NCBI GenBank assembly: GCA_964019425.1
Contig: OZ025797.1
Span: 992,001-1,056,000 of the forward strand
Length of the DNA: 64,000 bases
Reading direction: 5' to 3'
Origin: Flectonema sp. DT1601
Lineage: Eukaryota
In this document: piece by piece, positions 49,868 through 59,160 of the stretch
Layout of the letters: the number at the start of each line of letters is the position of its first letter
How positions within the stretch are numbered: the stretch's first letter is position 1
Notes under the pieces: generated by a model
Told to the model about the DNA's origin: nothing
The model's database searches: none
The model's input: only the letters and a program-made list of their open reading frames with translations
Translations under genes and position numbers: made by a program

Positions 49868-51280
49868 CTACTTTCCATCCATAAATTCTCCTAGAGGTTT
49901 ATCGAAGGCCATGTATTTAGTTTTCTTTGCCCAATATGTGTCTCCGTGACCAGATTTTTTTCTAATTTCGTAGGCTTTTTCGTAGTGGTGTCTGGCGGTG
50001 TATGCTTCTCCCATTCCGTGGCGTACCTGACCAAGAAATTCGTGAAATTGAGCAACAGAAGGATCGTATTTAGTGAAATATCTCTCCGCACATTTTAGTA
50101 GTGTCTCGACCATGTTTGCTGTTGTTTCGCCATCTTTTGTTTTCCAGGCTTGGTGGGCCCAATTATCTAGTTTTCTAAAACACAGATAGTGAGTGTAGTG
50201 CATGACTTCATCTCCTAATAGTTGAGCCAGACCCTTCCACTTGTCTGCTTTAACTGTTCGAAGTTTTTTCTCTGCTTCTAAGCAATCATCAATTCGATAC
50301 TGTTCAAGCATCACACCACATTGAAGACATCTCCAGTCTTCAGATCCTTTTAATCCGAGACCATTGGGAGATATGGTTCCGACATTCTTGTCGCAGAGCC
50401 AACATTTAAAAGCTCTGGTGAGATCAGGATCTTTGGTACACGCATCACAATTACACATAAAACCATATTGCTGAAATAAAACAGCTCTCCGATCAGCTGC
50501 GCATTGATATCCAGAAATATAAGAAATTGTAATACGATCACCTTTTCTGATAGGACGTTGAGCTCTGAATTGAATTCGTGATGGCCAACTATCCTCTGGA
50601 TGATCAAGGAACATAAATGTGCAATTTGAGACGCAGCTATGCTGAGCTAGTCTTGCAAAAGGATAGACCGCAGTATGTCCTTTTCCGACCTTGCAGACAA
50701 CACTATTGGTGTCGTACGATCTGATTAACTTAGCAATCTCACTCTCTGTTAATATATCTTGAAATGTCCCAGGTATGCATTCGTGAATTGCTTCTGCAAT
50801 TTGTTCCGTTATCTTTTTATCTTCTGGTGTCTGTTCACTTACAGTCCAATTTAACATATCCCAAATCAGTGACTTAGAATCTCTTGTTTCAGTCCTTGCC
50901 ATCTGTAAGAATACAGCAATCACCTGTGCATATCCCTGGTCTAGTGGTGCTGTTCCGTATATTTGTTTTATTTTTGCAAGAAGACCATGAACTGGTGAAT
51001 GTAAATAGTAATCTAAATCCCAACTAACCTGCAGAAGTGAAGTGTCTTCTAAGACGCAATCGCCAGGTTCGAAATCATCAAAAGCAACCAAGTGCATTCC
51101 AACTTCATCATCCTGTTCAATCAAACACTTTACTGGCTGTGTCTTTTCTGATTTATGATATACAGAACTCATCCATCCTGGTGGTACGTTTGGATAAAAC
51201 GGAGGAATGCTTTCTGTTTCTATATCTCCCTCGTTGGTTTTCTCTGGTTTTTGAGACATCAGTTCCTCAACAAACGACAT
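49868..51280 (-). CDS. SET-domain (SMYD-like) lysine methyltransferase with C-terminal TPR-like helices
   Basis: GMHLVA, AQHSCVSNC, IRKGDRITISYI and post-SET YGFMCNCDAC motifs. Confidence 0.88.
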   Translation of the reverse strand: MSFVEELMSQKPEKTNEGDIETESIPPFYPNVPPGWMSSVYHKSEKTQPVKCLIEQDDEVGMHLVAFDDFEPGDCVLEDTSLLQVSWDLDYYLHSPVHGLLAKIKQIYGTAPLDQGYAQVIAVFLQMARTETRDSKSLIWDMLNWTVSEQTPEDKKITEQIAEAIHECIPGTFQDILTESEIAKLIRSYDTNSVVCKVGKGHTAVYPFARLAQHSCVSNCTFMFLDHPEDSWPSRIQFRAQRPIRKGDRITISYISGYQCAADRRAVLFQQYGFMCNCDACTKDPDLTRAFKCWLCDKNVGTISPNGLGLKGSEDWRCLQCGVMLEQYRIDDCLEAEKKLRTVKADKWKGLAQLLGDEVMHYTHYLCFRKLDNWAHQAWKTKDGETTANMVETLLKCAERYFTKYDPSVAQFHEFLGQVRHGMGEAYTARHHYEKAYEIRKKSGHGDTYWAKKTKYMAFDKPLGEFMDGK

Positions 51281-52251
51281 TTTTCTTACTTTTTTTTTTT
51301 TTTTAAATTATTTTTATACTGGATCTTTAAGGGAGGTTAAATAATAATAAAGACAGCGACTGTATGAGATTTTGCGCATGAAATGGATTGCAAACAGTTT
51401 CCTTGACACGCATTTTACTACAGCTGTCTATTAAAAAGAAGAATAAAAAACAACTCAATAAACACCAGACGCAGTGAGGTTAATTTCAAGGCCAGCAATA
51501 AAAGTTAGAAAAAGAGTTTTTTTTTTTGTTATAGAACAGTGTCACCAAAATCAATAATTATAAAAGAAGAAAAAAAAATTTAAAAAAAACAAATAAAATA
51601 TCCAACGCAGAACATCGATAGCTTAATCATTGATGTCAAGTTGTTACAAAGAATATGATGAGATAACCTCCTGAAATGAGATCTTTATCACTTGTCTTTC
51701 GAGTCAAATACTAACAGAGATTGTTGCGAGAAGTAATTCAACTTTCTCATGTGATATCTGCAGCGTTACCATCACTTTTTCTACATTCAAAGATCAGGTT
51801 ACACGATTTGTTACTGAATGAACATTCCTGTTTAAGTTTCTTAGAGTGGTTTGACATCTGTAATAAGGACTCTCACTACTGAGGAGGATTACACAAGTCT
51901 GACGGTCTTATTAGTCCGCTGGAGACTCAGAAATTTAAATGACTTTTTCGTATAAAAGATAAAACACATTACCTACTTGCTCTCATCGGATCAAAACACA
52001 ACTTAAAATTAAGTTTTTTTTTTTTCAATATTTTTCTAAAATAGACTTAAGTCACAATACCCCCATTCGTGTTTTATGATTCTATTCCTCAACAGGACGT
52101 AATAAAAATTTTTAAATAGTAGAGGAAACGCTTTATTCAAATTGTAACTAATGGTTCTGTGTAAATATTATTATAGTTGTTTGTAACTTCCGTGAACGCG
52201 ATAACTATGTTTATATTTCAAATCGAAGTATTTAAGCATCACTTTATCAGA

Positions 52252-52878
52252 TCATCTTCGATGCTCATGTTCCCGAGGGCTATGTTTATGACTCTGACAG
52301 CGATGAGTCCTTTTTTTTGAGGATCGACAATAGCGTTTCGGTTCTGTTTTTTCAAAATGCCGACACCCACCTAATAAACTAAATAGAGCAACCAAAATAA
52401 CAATACCGTGATACCAAGCATTTGATATAATTGATCCACTAGACTGCTTGTTATCAGGTATCGGGTATAATTTCATAACCGGATTAACCATGAGGAGTTT
52501 TGGACGAGTATATACAACTATAGCCGCCCGAGGTAACATAGGTGTGATACGCAAAATGTCACGTGTCACTGAACTACGTAATACAGTCATACTGTTTATG
52601 AAAGCAAGACCTAATGAAGAGGTGTTCTTTGAGAAATGGTAAAGTTCAAAAGATGGAATTGTATTTATTAGCCGTTTCTGTAAATTTATTTTATTAACCT
52701 TCACAATCTGTTTTGGAGGCATTGCCGGGACTGGATCTGGTTTTGCTGCAGCCTTTCCCCAGAGTCTCTTAAATCTATTTGCCTGAAACTCTAAATTTGC
52801 AATCATTTTCTGAGCTACGATTACGTCCTCAGCTACTGCCGTGCACGTATTTCGGGAAATCCTTCCCAAGCGCTTCAT
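52252..52878 (-). CDS. Hypothetical single-pass membrane protein
   Basis: 208-aa ORF with a C-terminal TM followed by a basic tail. Confidence 0.55.
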   Translation of the reverse strand: MKRLGRISRNTCTAVAEDVIVAQKMIANLEFQANRFKRLWGKAAAKPDPVPAMPPKQIVKVNKINLQKRLINTIPSFELYHFSKNTSSLGLAFINSMTVLRSSVTRDILRITPMLPRAAIVVYTRPKLLMVNPVMKLYPIPDNKQSSGSIISNAWYHGIVILVALFSLLGGCRHFEKTEPKRYCRSSKKRTHRCQSHKHSPREHEHRR

Positions 52879-53026
52879 TTCTTTTTTTTTTTGTTTCCCT
52901 CCTGTAATTAAATGAGATATAAACTTTCATTTCGTTGAAATTTTTACAACAAACTGATGACTTCACTCAGCACATGCAAAAACACAATAAAGCAATAAAG
53001 GCAAGAGTGCATTCAACTATAGAGTA

Positions 53027-53209
53027 GTTTAGTTTAGTTAGCAAAATACAAACTGATGACTACGAGGGGTCTGGGTAGCCCGCATCAGTAAGGACCCAAT
53101 CGCGAAGATTGTAGTTTCATAGTATTGGCTGGAAGTGATCGACTTCCAGCCTCCACCTTGCCCAGAGGCTAACAGGTTGTAAACAAGAAAAGAAAATAAA
53201 AAAGAAACC
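53027..53209 (-). mobile_element. 5'-truncated copy of the 493-bp SINE-like element
   Basis: Homologous to ~36208-36390; TSD agagta (53021-26 / 53210-15); (TAAAC)n tail. Confidence 0.8.
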
Positions 53210-53593
53210 AGAGTACCCACAGCAAATAATATGAAAATATCAAAAAAAAAAAAAAAGAATCGACACCTCACCAAATAATTCTCACACCTTGTTTTGTTTT
53301 TGCGCAACCGAAAACAAGCCTATAAAGTAAAGGGTGTTAGCGGTAATCTGCTACAATTCTCTTTTCTTTCGCTCATAAAACATGGTTTCGAGACGAAAAA
53401 AAAAAAATAATGGGAAAAAAATCGTAAAACCAGAAAAGGAGAGAAAAGGAAGACCATAATTGTAATTGTGAAATAATTTGAGTATTTCTTTTTTTTTTTT
53501 TTTCTTTTTCTTTTTTTTTTAAAGCAACAACAATCTATCCCACAGACTCAATAAATGAACCATAATAGAGAAAGACTGCTCACGGTAGTAATG

Positions 53594-53626
<33 letters not shown>

Positions 53627-54257
53627 TCAGGTAGGGAGGAAAATAAGGAGGGGGAAATAAACCAAAGCATAATCCCATAGTGTACAGCATGAACAAGCAA
53701 GATGCGAAGCATCTTGCTTGAATGAAATTTTGAAAAAAAAAAAAAAAAAATTGATACAATTCGCTATTAACATGATTAGCGATAGAAATAAAGAGTGATA
53801 AAGATACTCATTGAAGCATAAAATTAAGATTTCGCATTTTTTTTTTTTTCTGAAAAAAAAAAAAAAAAGAAAGAAGAAGTATTTTCTCACACAAACTATC
53901 TGATTTGATCTGTTGTAATGCAGGAGAGGATTGCTTGAATGATTGCAATGGAGAGGAAATAAAAAATGTGTGCGGAGGGTAATTATCCAACAGCATTTTA
54001 AATAAATACAAAATCGGGTTCACATGTCATTCAACTATTGTAAAGCAGCGTTCTAGCACTGCTTTCCAAGAAGACTAGATGTGAACCCATTGATAATAAT
54101 ATCAATCGTGGGACGCAGACAAATAGAAGCAGCATGTAGAGAGGTGAACGGATCTCTTTTTTTTTTTTTTTTTTTTTTAAATATTTGATCAAAAAAATAT
54201 CTTATGCAAATTACTTTTGAATTCTAGTAATATTCTGGAAACATAACAAAGCAAGCA

Positions 54258-54713
54258 TCAAATAGCTGGCAGACTAATAGAAGCAACATGCAGAGGGCTC
54301 AAGATAGGTGGAGTCTGAGGAAGGACCTTATTTAACGACCTCATCGATGATAACTTCGGAAGAGTGATGTTATCTCTGCTGGAATTGTGAATGTCTGGAA
54401 AGACTGTTGGCATCTGTCCTGCAGACGGATCTCTTTTTTTTAGTTTAGGAACCGACACCTTTGGTACCCTAGAAACCCTCTTCTGAAGAGAAAAATTATC
54501 GTGTATTAGTGACGCTATAATTTGTGACTCTGGTTTGAGATGCTTCGGACAAAGTAGTTTTTCATCTCTCACAGGAGGATAACGGTTGGCTGACACCTGC
54601 TGTGGTAATTCTGGTTCACGTGGTACATTTCTTGCATGTTTCTTACGCTCCGAAATGATTAATTTTCGAAGTTGTCGTTCCCTCTTTAAGGTTACCTCAT
54701 TATCAATAATCAT
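54258..54713 (-). CDS. Hypothetical basic protein
   Basis: ORF 54258-54800; likely start MIIDNE after a pyrimidine-rich leader. Confidence 0.55.
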   Translation of the reverse strand: MIIDNEVTLKRERQLRKLIISERKKHARNVPREPELPQQVSANRYPPVRDEKLLCPKHLKPESQIIASLIHDNFSLQKRVSRVPKVSVPKLKKRDPSAGQMPTVFPDIHNSSRDNITLPKLSSMRSLNKVLPQTPPILSPLHVASISLPAI

Positions 54714-54958
54714 ATCTGACGACTGTCTTCTATCATATGTGTTTATAAAGATAGGGGAAAAAGAAATCTGGGGGAAAAAAAATAAACATATAAATAACAT
54801 TATGAATCACATATTCGTAATTTATTCTACTCAACCTTTTACTTCTCTCTTAGGAAGTAAAAAAAAGGTAGACTGTGTACCGGATGTAACCATAACTAAT
54901 AATGTCGTTGAATTGTAACTCTATATTAATACAGATAATTAAAAGGTATCCTTCTCTA

Positions 54959-55771
54959 CTATTGAAGGCTGCAACAAAAGACGCTGTCGTCTCTTTTTTG
55001 TTTAATTACGTAGTCGGAGTCTGTGTCATAATCATCTTCTTCTTGTTGTGTAATAGCATCTGTCACACCTGCTTTTGGAACTGACCTGTTACTGAAGTAG
55101 GAGTCGACAGGTAGAAAAATCAAATCCATGGCTCGAACGTAAAATAATTGCCAGGAGACTGGAATACATGAAAACATAAAAAGGTCCATTGGAAACCAAA
55201 AAACTAAATTCCAAATGTTGCAATCTATGTAGTCTCCTTTTATTGTTCTTTTAACTTGATCACATCCGCCTGAGAGATAAGCGTTCATTGACATGTTACA
55301 AAGTATGTAAGGAGATTCACCAATCCAATCAACAATTGCCATCAGACATAAGTTTGAAAAAGTTTTACGTGGAAAAAACGAGTCCAACAGTCTAAACCAA
55401 GCGTGTAACCATATACCTGCAGGGATTGCTACCAAAGTAAATCTCATCGTACGGTGCCAATCATAAACTTGTTTGTGTTTTGCTAATGGCTCAATTATTG
55501 TTTCGTTTTGTTGTTGTATTTCTTCTCCTCCGTCTTTATATTTTTGTTGTATTTCTTCTCCTCCGTCTTTATTTTTTTGTTGTATTTCTTCTCCTCCGTC
55601 TTTATTTTTTTGTTTTTCTTCTGATTCAGATTCGTCTCCATATAAATCAAGCTTCATTTCAACTGCTTGACAAACCCCATCAGATAAAGCCCACATAGTC
55701 CCACTAATCACTGCATCAAGAGCCAAGTGTTCTAACGCACCAGAGTGTCCATGTGCTACTGCTCTCGGCAT
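54959..55771 (-). CDS. Mpv17/PMP22 family membrane protein
   Basis: LSDGVCQ, YDWHRTMRF, HAWFRLLD and FWFP..F..IP motifs; internal 11-aa repeat x3. Confidence 0.85.
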   Translation of the reverse strand: MPRAVAHGHSGALEHLALDAVISGTMWALSDGVCQAVEMKLDLYGDESESEEKQKNKDGGEEIQQKNKDGGEEIQQKYKDGGEEIQQQNETIIEPLAKHKQVYDWHRTMRFTLVAIPAGIWLHAWFRLLDSFFPRKTFSNLCLMAIVDWIGESPYILCNMSMNAYLSGGCDQVKRTIKGDYIDCNIWNLVFWFPMDLFMFSCIPVSWQLFYVRAMDLIFLPVDSYFSNRSVPKAGVTDAITQQEEDDYDTDSDYVIKQKRDDSVFCCSLQ

Positions 55772-56190
55772 GTTGCAGTTCGTGTAAATGACTGTTAAAG
55801 AATCTTTTGAATATTAATAAGTTGTAAGTTTATGATAATTACATTCATGAGGTGTTATGGTGTAAATAGAGAAACCAACAAAATAGAATTCGTGTGTCTG
55901 TCTTGGCACAAAATGATTTTTTTTTTTTTTTTTTCTTCTTTTTCTTTTTGTTTGTGCAAATCGGCTTTAACTTAAACTACACAGCAAATCGTAACATCAC
56001 ACAGTTGATGTTTTTGTTTATGTGTGCCGCCCAACATTATTCTTTTTTTTTAGTTCCTAATATACTCGTTAAATACAAAATACGATCTAGCTCGCTGTTG
56101 ATTGTGTAATTGGAAAGGATCGGGTTAGAGAGGTGAATAAAAAAAAGAAACATAAATCGAATATAAGCTTTTCCGTAAGATAAACCGTCG

Positions 56191-58944
56191 CTAATACGTC
56201 TCTGCTTCTTTCTTAGATGATAAGATAGAATTTTTTCTCCCTTTTGTTTTCGGGAGGTCAAACACCGATGCCGTTAGACGGTGTTGTTTCTTCTCTCTAT
56301 CAGTAAACGAAGTCGATATAGTTTTGATCAGCGTAGTTTTTGATTTCTGCATCGAAGACGATAATAAATCGCATTCTGCGGGAGCTCCTTTTCGAAGCAA
56401 TCTTTTAAGCGCAGCCGCTGTTTTTAAACTATCGACTGTCAACTGATACACCGAAGCTATACAACTGGTGACCACATCACGTGTTGATGACATGAAGTTT
56501 TCTTTCCAATCACTTCGGGTTTCAACAAGTGTTTCGAGGTTGCTATTTTTATCATTCAGAACTACTATTTGTTCTTGCATATCAATAACCCCACTTAATA
56601 ATAATATCGACTTCTGAGTCTGTTGGAAGAATAATATCCATTTATCATCACTGAGAGATTCCCTAAGAGAGTCTTCATTAGGAATTGATGTATCTTTGAG
56701 AAGTTGATTCGTCCTGTCATCTAACATGGCTGATGTAGAATTGCGTATTTCTGATAACTCATTAAAAGATGCTTCAGCCTTTTCAAATTCACTGCAGACA
56801 TCCGCAGCTCTGCAGGAACATTGCAGAGCAAGAGAGTGTATTTCCATCGCATTTAACGTAGCCAGGTCATCGTGTTTCTTTTTCAACGGACCAGATAATA
56901 AACTTGTTAAGATATCGCGTGCCTGCTGAGACATTTGATCAGATTGGTTTGCCATTTCACAGGTATTTTTTAAGTTTTGAATTTTTTGATCAGCTGCATG
57001 AAGGGAATCCTCCCTCTCTTGAATTACTCTTTTTAACGATCGACTGGTGTCGATTTCACACGACGCGGCATCTTCTAAAGAGAGTTTTTGAGCTCTCATT
57101 GAAAGTAGTTGTTCTTGTAGTTTGGGAATGTGAAGTAATTCTTCTTTGAGGGTCATGATTTCATTGCTCTGGATCTTAACTTCTTGTTGTAATAGATTAA
57201 TTGTGTGCTGAAGAGTTACCTTATCTGTTGCTGTTTCACGAGCATCTTGACTACTTCGAGCGATCATTTCACGTGATGATCGCTCGCGTTCGTGAAAAGA
57301 TGTGCATTCGGAGTCGAAGACTTGTTGTTGTTTTGAGATTGTTTCTTTTAATGTTGTGATTGTATCAAATTTATCTTGAAGCTCTTGTTTCAAAGTCTCA
57401 ATAGAATTTAACAAGTCTTGATTAGTAATTGCTTGAGTGTGTAGTCTTTCTGTTTGATCAGATATTTCGTGTTCTTTTCTCTGTAGTCGTTCTTCTTGTC
57501 GATTAGCACTTGCGTGCACTAAGTCAGCAGTATTCTGTAGTTCAATACCCATTGCTAATGCTTGGGTAAGTTCTTTTTTATGAAGATTAATTTCATCATC
57601 CTTTCCAGATATTGTCATGGTTAAAGTTTTTATTTCAACGCTAGCTCTTCGAAGCAATACAGCTTTCTCTTTGAGGTTTGTTTCAAGTGTTTCAACCTGA
57701 TTGTTAAGGTCTTCTGAGGTTGAAGCAAGGTGTGTATTCGCCTGTTCAATTTGACATAAATCTTTTCTTATTTCTTCGGTTGATTGTTCAAATTGGTGTA
57801 CATTTGCCTCCGCAACCGCAAGGTCTGAATATGCTGAGTCTCTTTCACTTGTTATTTGTTTTACTTTATTCTCAACACGTTTGATTTCCGATTCAAACTT
57901 TCTTTGTAATCTCACAATCTGATCATCCGCATCGGCTAATTTGTTAATCTCCTTTTGTTGGGATGATATTTTTGATTGCAGTTGGGAAATGACATCGTTT
58001 TTGTATTGGCATTCCTGTTCTACATTGTTGATGTTGGTCAGTAAGTCTCGTTCTTTCAATTGTAGCTGATCGATAGACGTGTTTAGTTTTAGTACCGTGG
58101 CGGCTAGTTGATCGTCCGAATTCTTTTTTTCTTTTTCAAGATCCTTTTTATTTGAATATCTTAAGAAGTCCATTTCCTCTTGAAGTTTTCCAATTTCCAA
58201 CAGATGAGTATCCGAGACTGCTCTCATATTATCTGAACTAGTTTGAATTACTGAGGCATAGTGAGCTTCCATGTCTTGTGTTTCACTGTGATGTTTGTTT
58301 GTAAATTCCTTAATCGATTCTTTTGCTTGATTTAGTTGATACTGACAGCTTTGTAATTGCTGTTGAAGTTGCTTTGATTGTTGTTTGTAGTGAAGTAGAT
58401 CTGTACTTTGAGTTTCCATGTCCTTTAAGTGAAGAGATCGTTGATGGTCAAAGTCACCTTGCCATCTCTCCTTTAGAAGTTTTATTGTCATTTCTTTCTC
58501 ATCAGAATATTTTCGTAGTAAAGTCATCGATTCGGAAAGTTCTTTATTTTGATGTTGTGTTCTGGTGAGTTCTCGGTGTAATTTCTCATTTTCAATATCT
58601 TTTTGCTGTACAACAGCTTCAAGAGCAGCAGTTCCATCTTTGCTTTTTTTCACAACAGCGATCGCTCGGGTATTGCTGTCAGAATGAACTTTTTCCAAGT
58701 CTCTGATCGTTTGAGACATAGCTGTTGACTGTACCTTTAGTAGTTTATTTTCATCTTCCAAACCAGCGATAATAGATCGTAAGTTGCGCGGATGTGCTTC
58801 TTGAGAATTTACCTCATCTGCTGTTAGTACGAGTGAGTTCGATTCCTCGTCGACTCGTTTTTTTCTCATATTTTCGATCTCTTCTCTCAGATATTTTAAC
58901 TTCCATTGTTCGTTTGCTTTGCTGTTGTTTTCTACTTGTGACAT
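56191..58944 (-). CDS. Long coiled-coil protein
   Basis: ~920 aa of heptad-rich E/Q/K/L composition; likely start MSQVEN. Confidence 0.8.
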   Translation of the reverse strand: MSQVENNSKANEQWKLKYLREEIENMRKKRVDEESNSLVLTADEVNSQEAHPRNLRSIIAGLEDENKLLKVQSTAMSQTIRDLEKVHSDSNTRAIAVVKKSKDGTAALEAVVQQKDIENEKLHRELTRTQHQNKELSESMTLLRKYSDEKEMTIKLLKERWQGDFDHQRSLHLKDMETQSTDLLHYKQQSKQLQQQLQSCQYQLNQAKESIKEFTNKHHSETQDMEAHYASVIQTSSDNMRAVSDTHLLEIGKLQEEMDFLRYSNKKDLEKEKKNSDDQLAATVLKLNTSIDQLQLKERDLLTNINNVEQECQYKNDVISQLQSKISSQQKEINKLADADDQIVRLQRKFESEIKRVENKVKQITSERDSAYSDLAVAEANVHQFEQSTEEIRKDLCQIEQANTHLASTSEDLNNQVETLETNLKEKAVLLRRASVEIKTLTMTISGKDDEINLHKKELTQALAMGIELQNTADLVHASANRQEERLQRKEHEISDQTERLHTQAITNQDLLNSIETLKQELQDKFDTITTLKETISKQQQVFDSECTSFHERERSSREMIARSSQDARETATDKVTLQHTINLLQQEVKIQSNEIMTLKEELLHIPKLQEQLLSMRAQKLSLEDAASCEIDTSRSLKRVIQEREDSLHAADQKIQNLKNTCEMANQSDQMSQQARDILTSLLSGPLKKKHDDLATLNAMEIHSLALQCSCRAADVCSEFEKAEASFNELSEIRNSTSAMLDDRTNQLLKDTSIPNEDSLRESLSDDKWILFFQQTQKSILLLSGVIDMQEQIVVLNDKNSNLETLVETRSDWKENFMSSTRDVVTSCIASVYQLTVDSLKTAAALKRLLRKGAPAECDLLSSSMQKSKTTLIKTISTSFTDREKKQHRLTASVFDLPKTKGRKNSILSSKKEAETY

Positions 58945-59160
58945 TACCTTTATGGAATAATAATTAAGATACAAAAAAAATACATTTTCTTCGTTCACTT
59001 GTCTTCTCTCATTACTTTGGTATTGTTGTTGTCGTCAAAAACCCTGACAAAGATAAAACCATGATAAACAGTATACAGTAATTAATTGTAATAAAACTTT
59101 ATTAAATTATACTTTAAAAAAGAGGGATACTAGTGTAAGTGAATAAATGAAAGAAAACAG

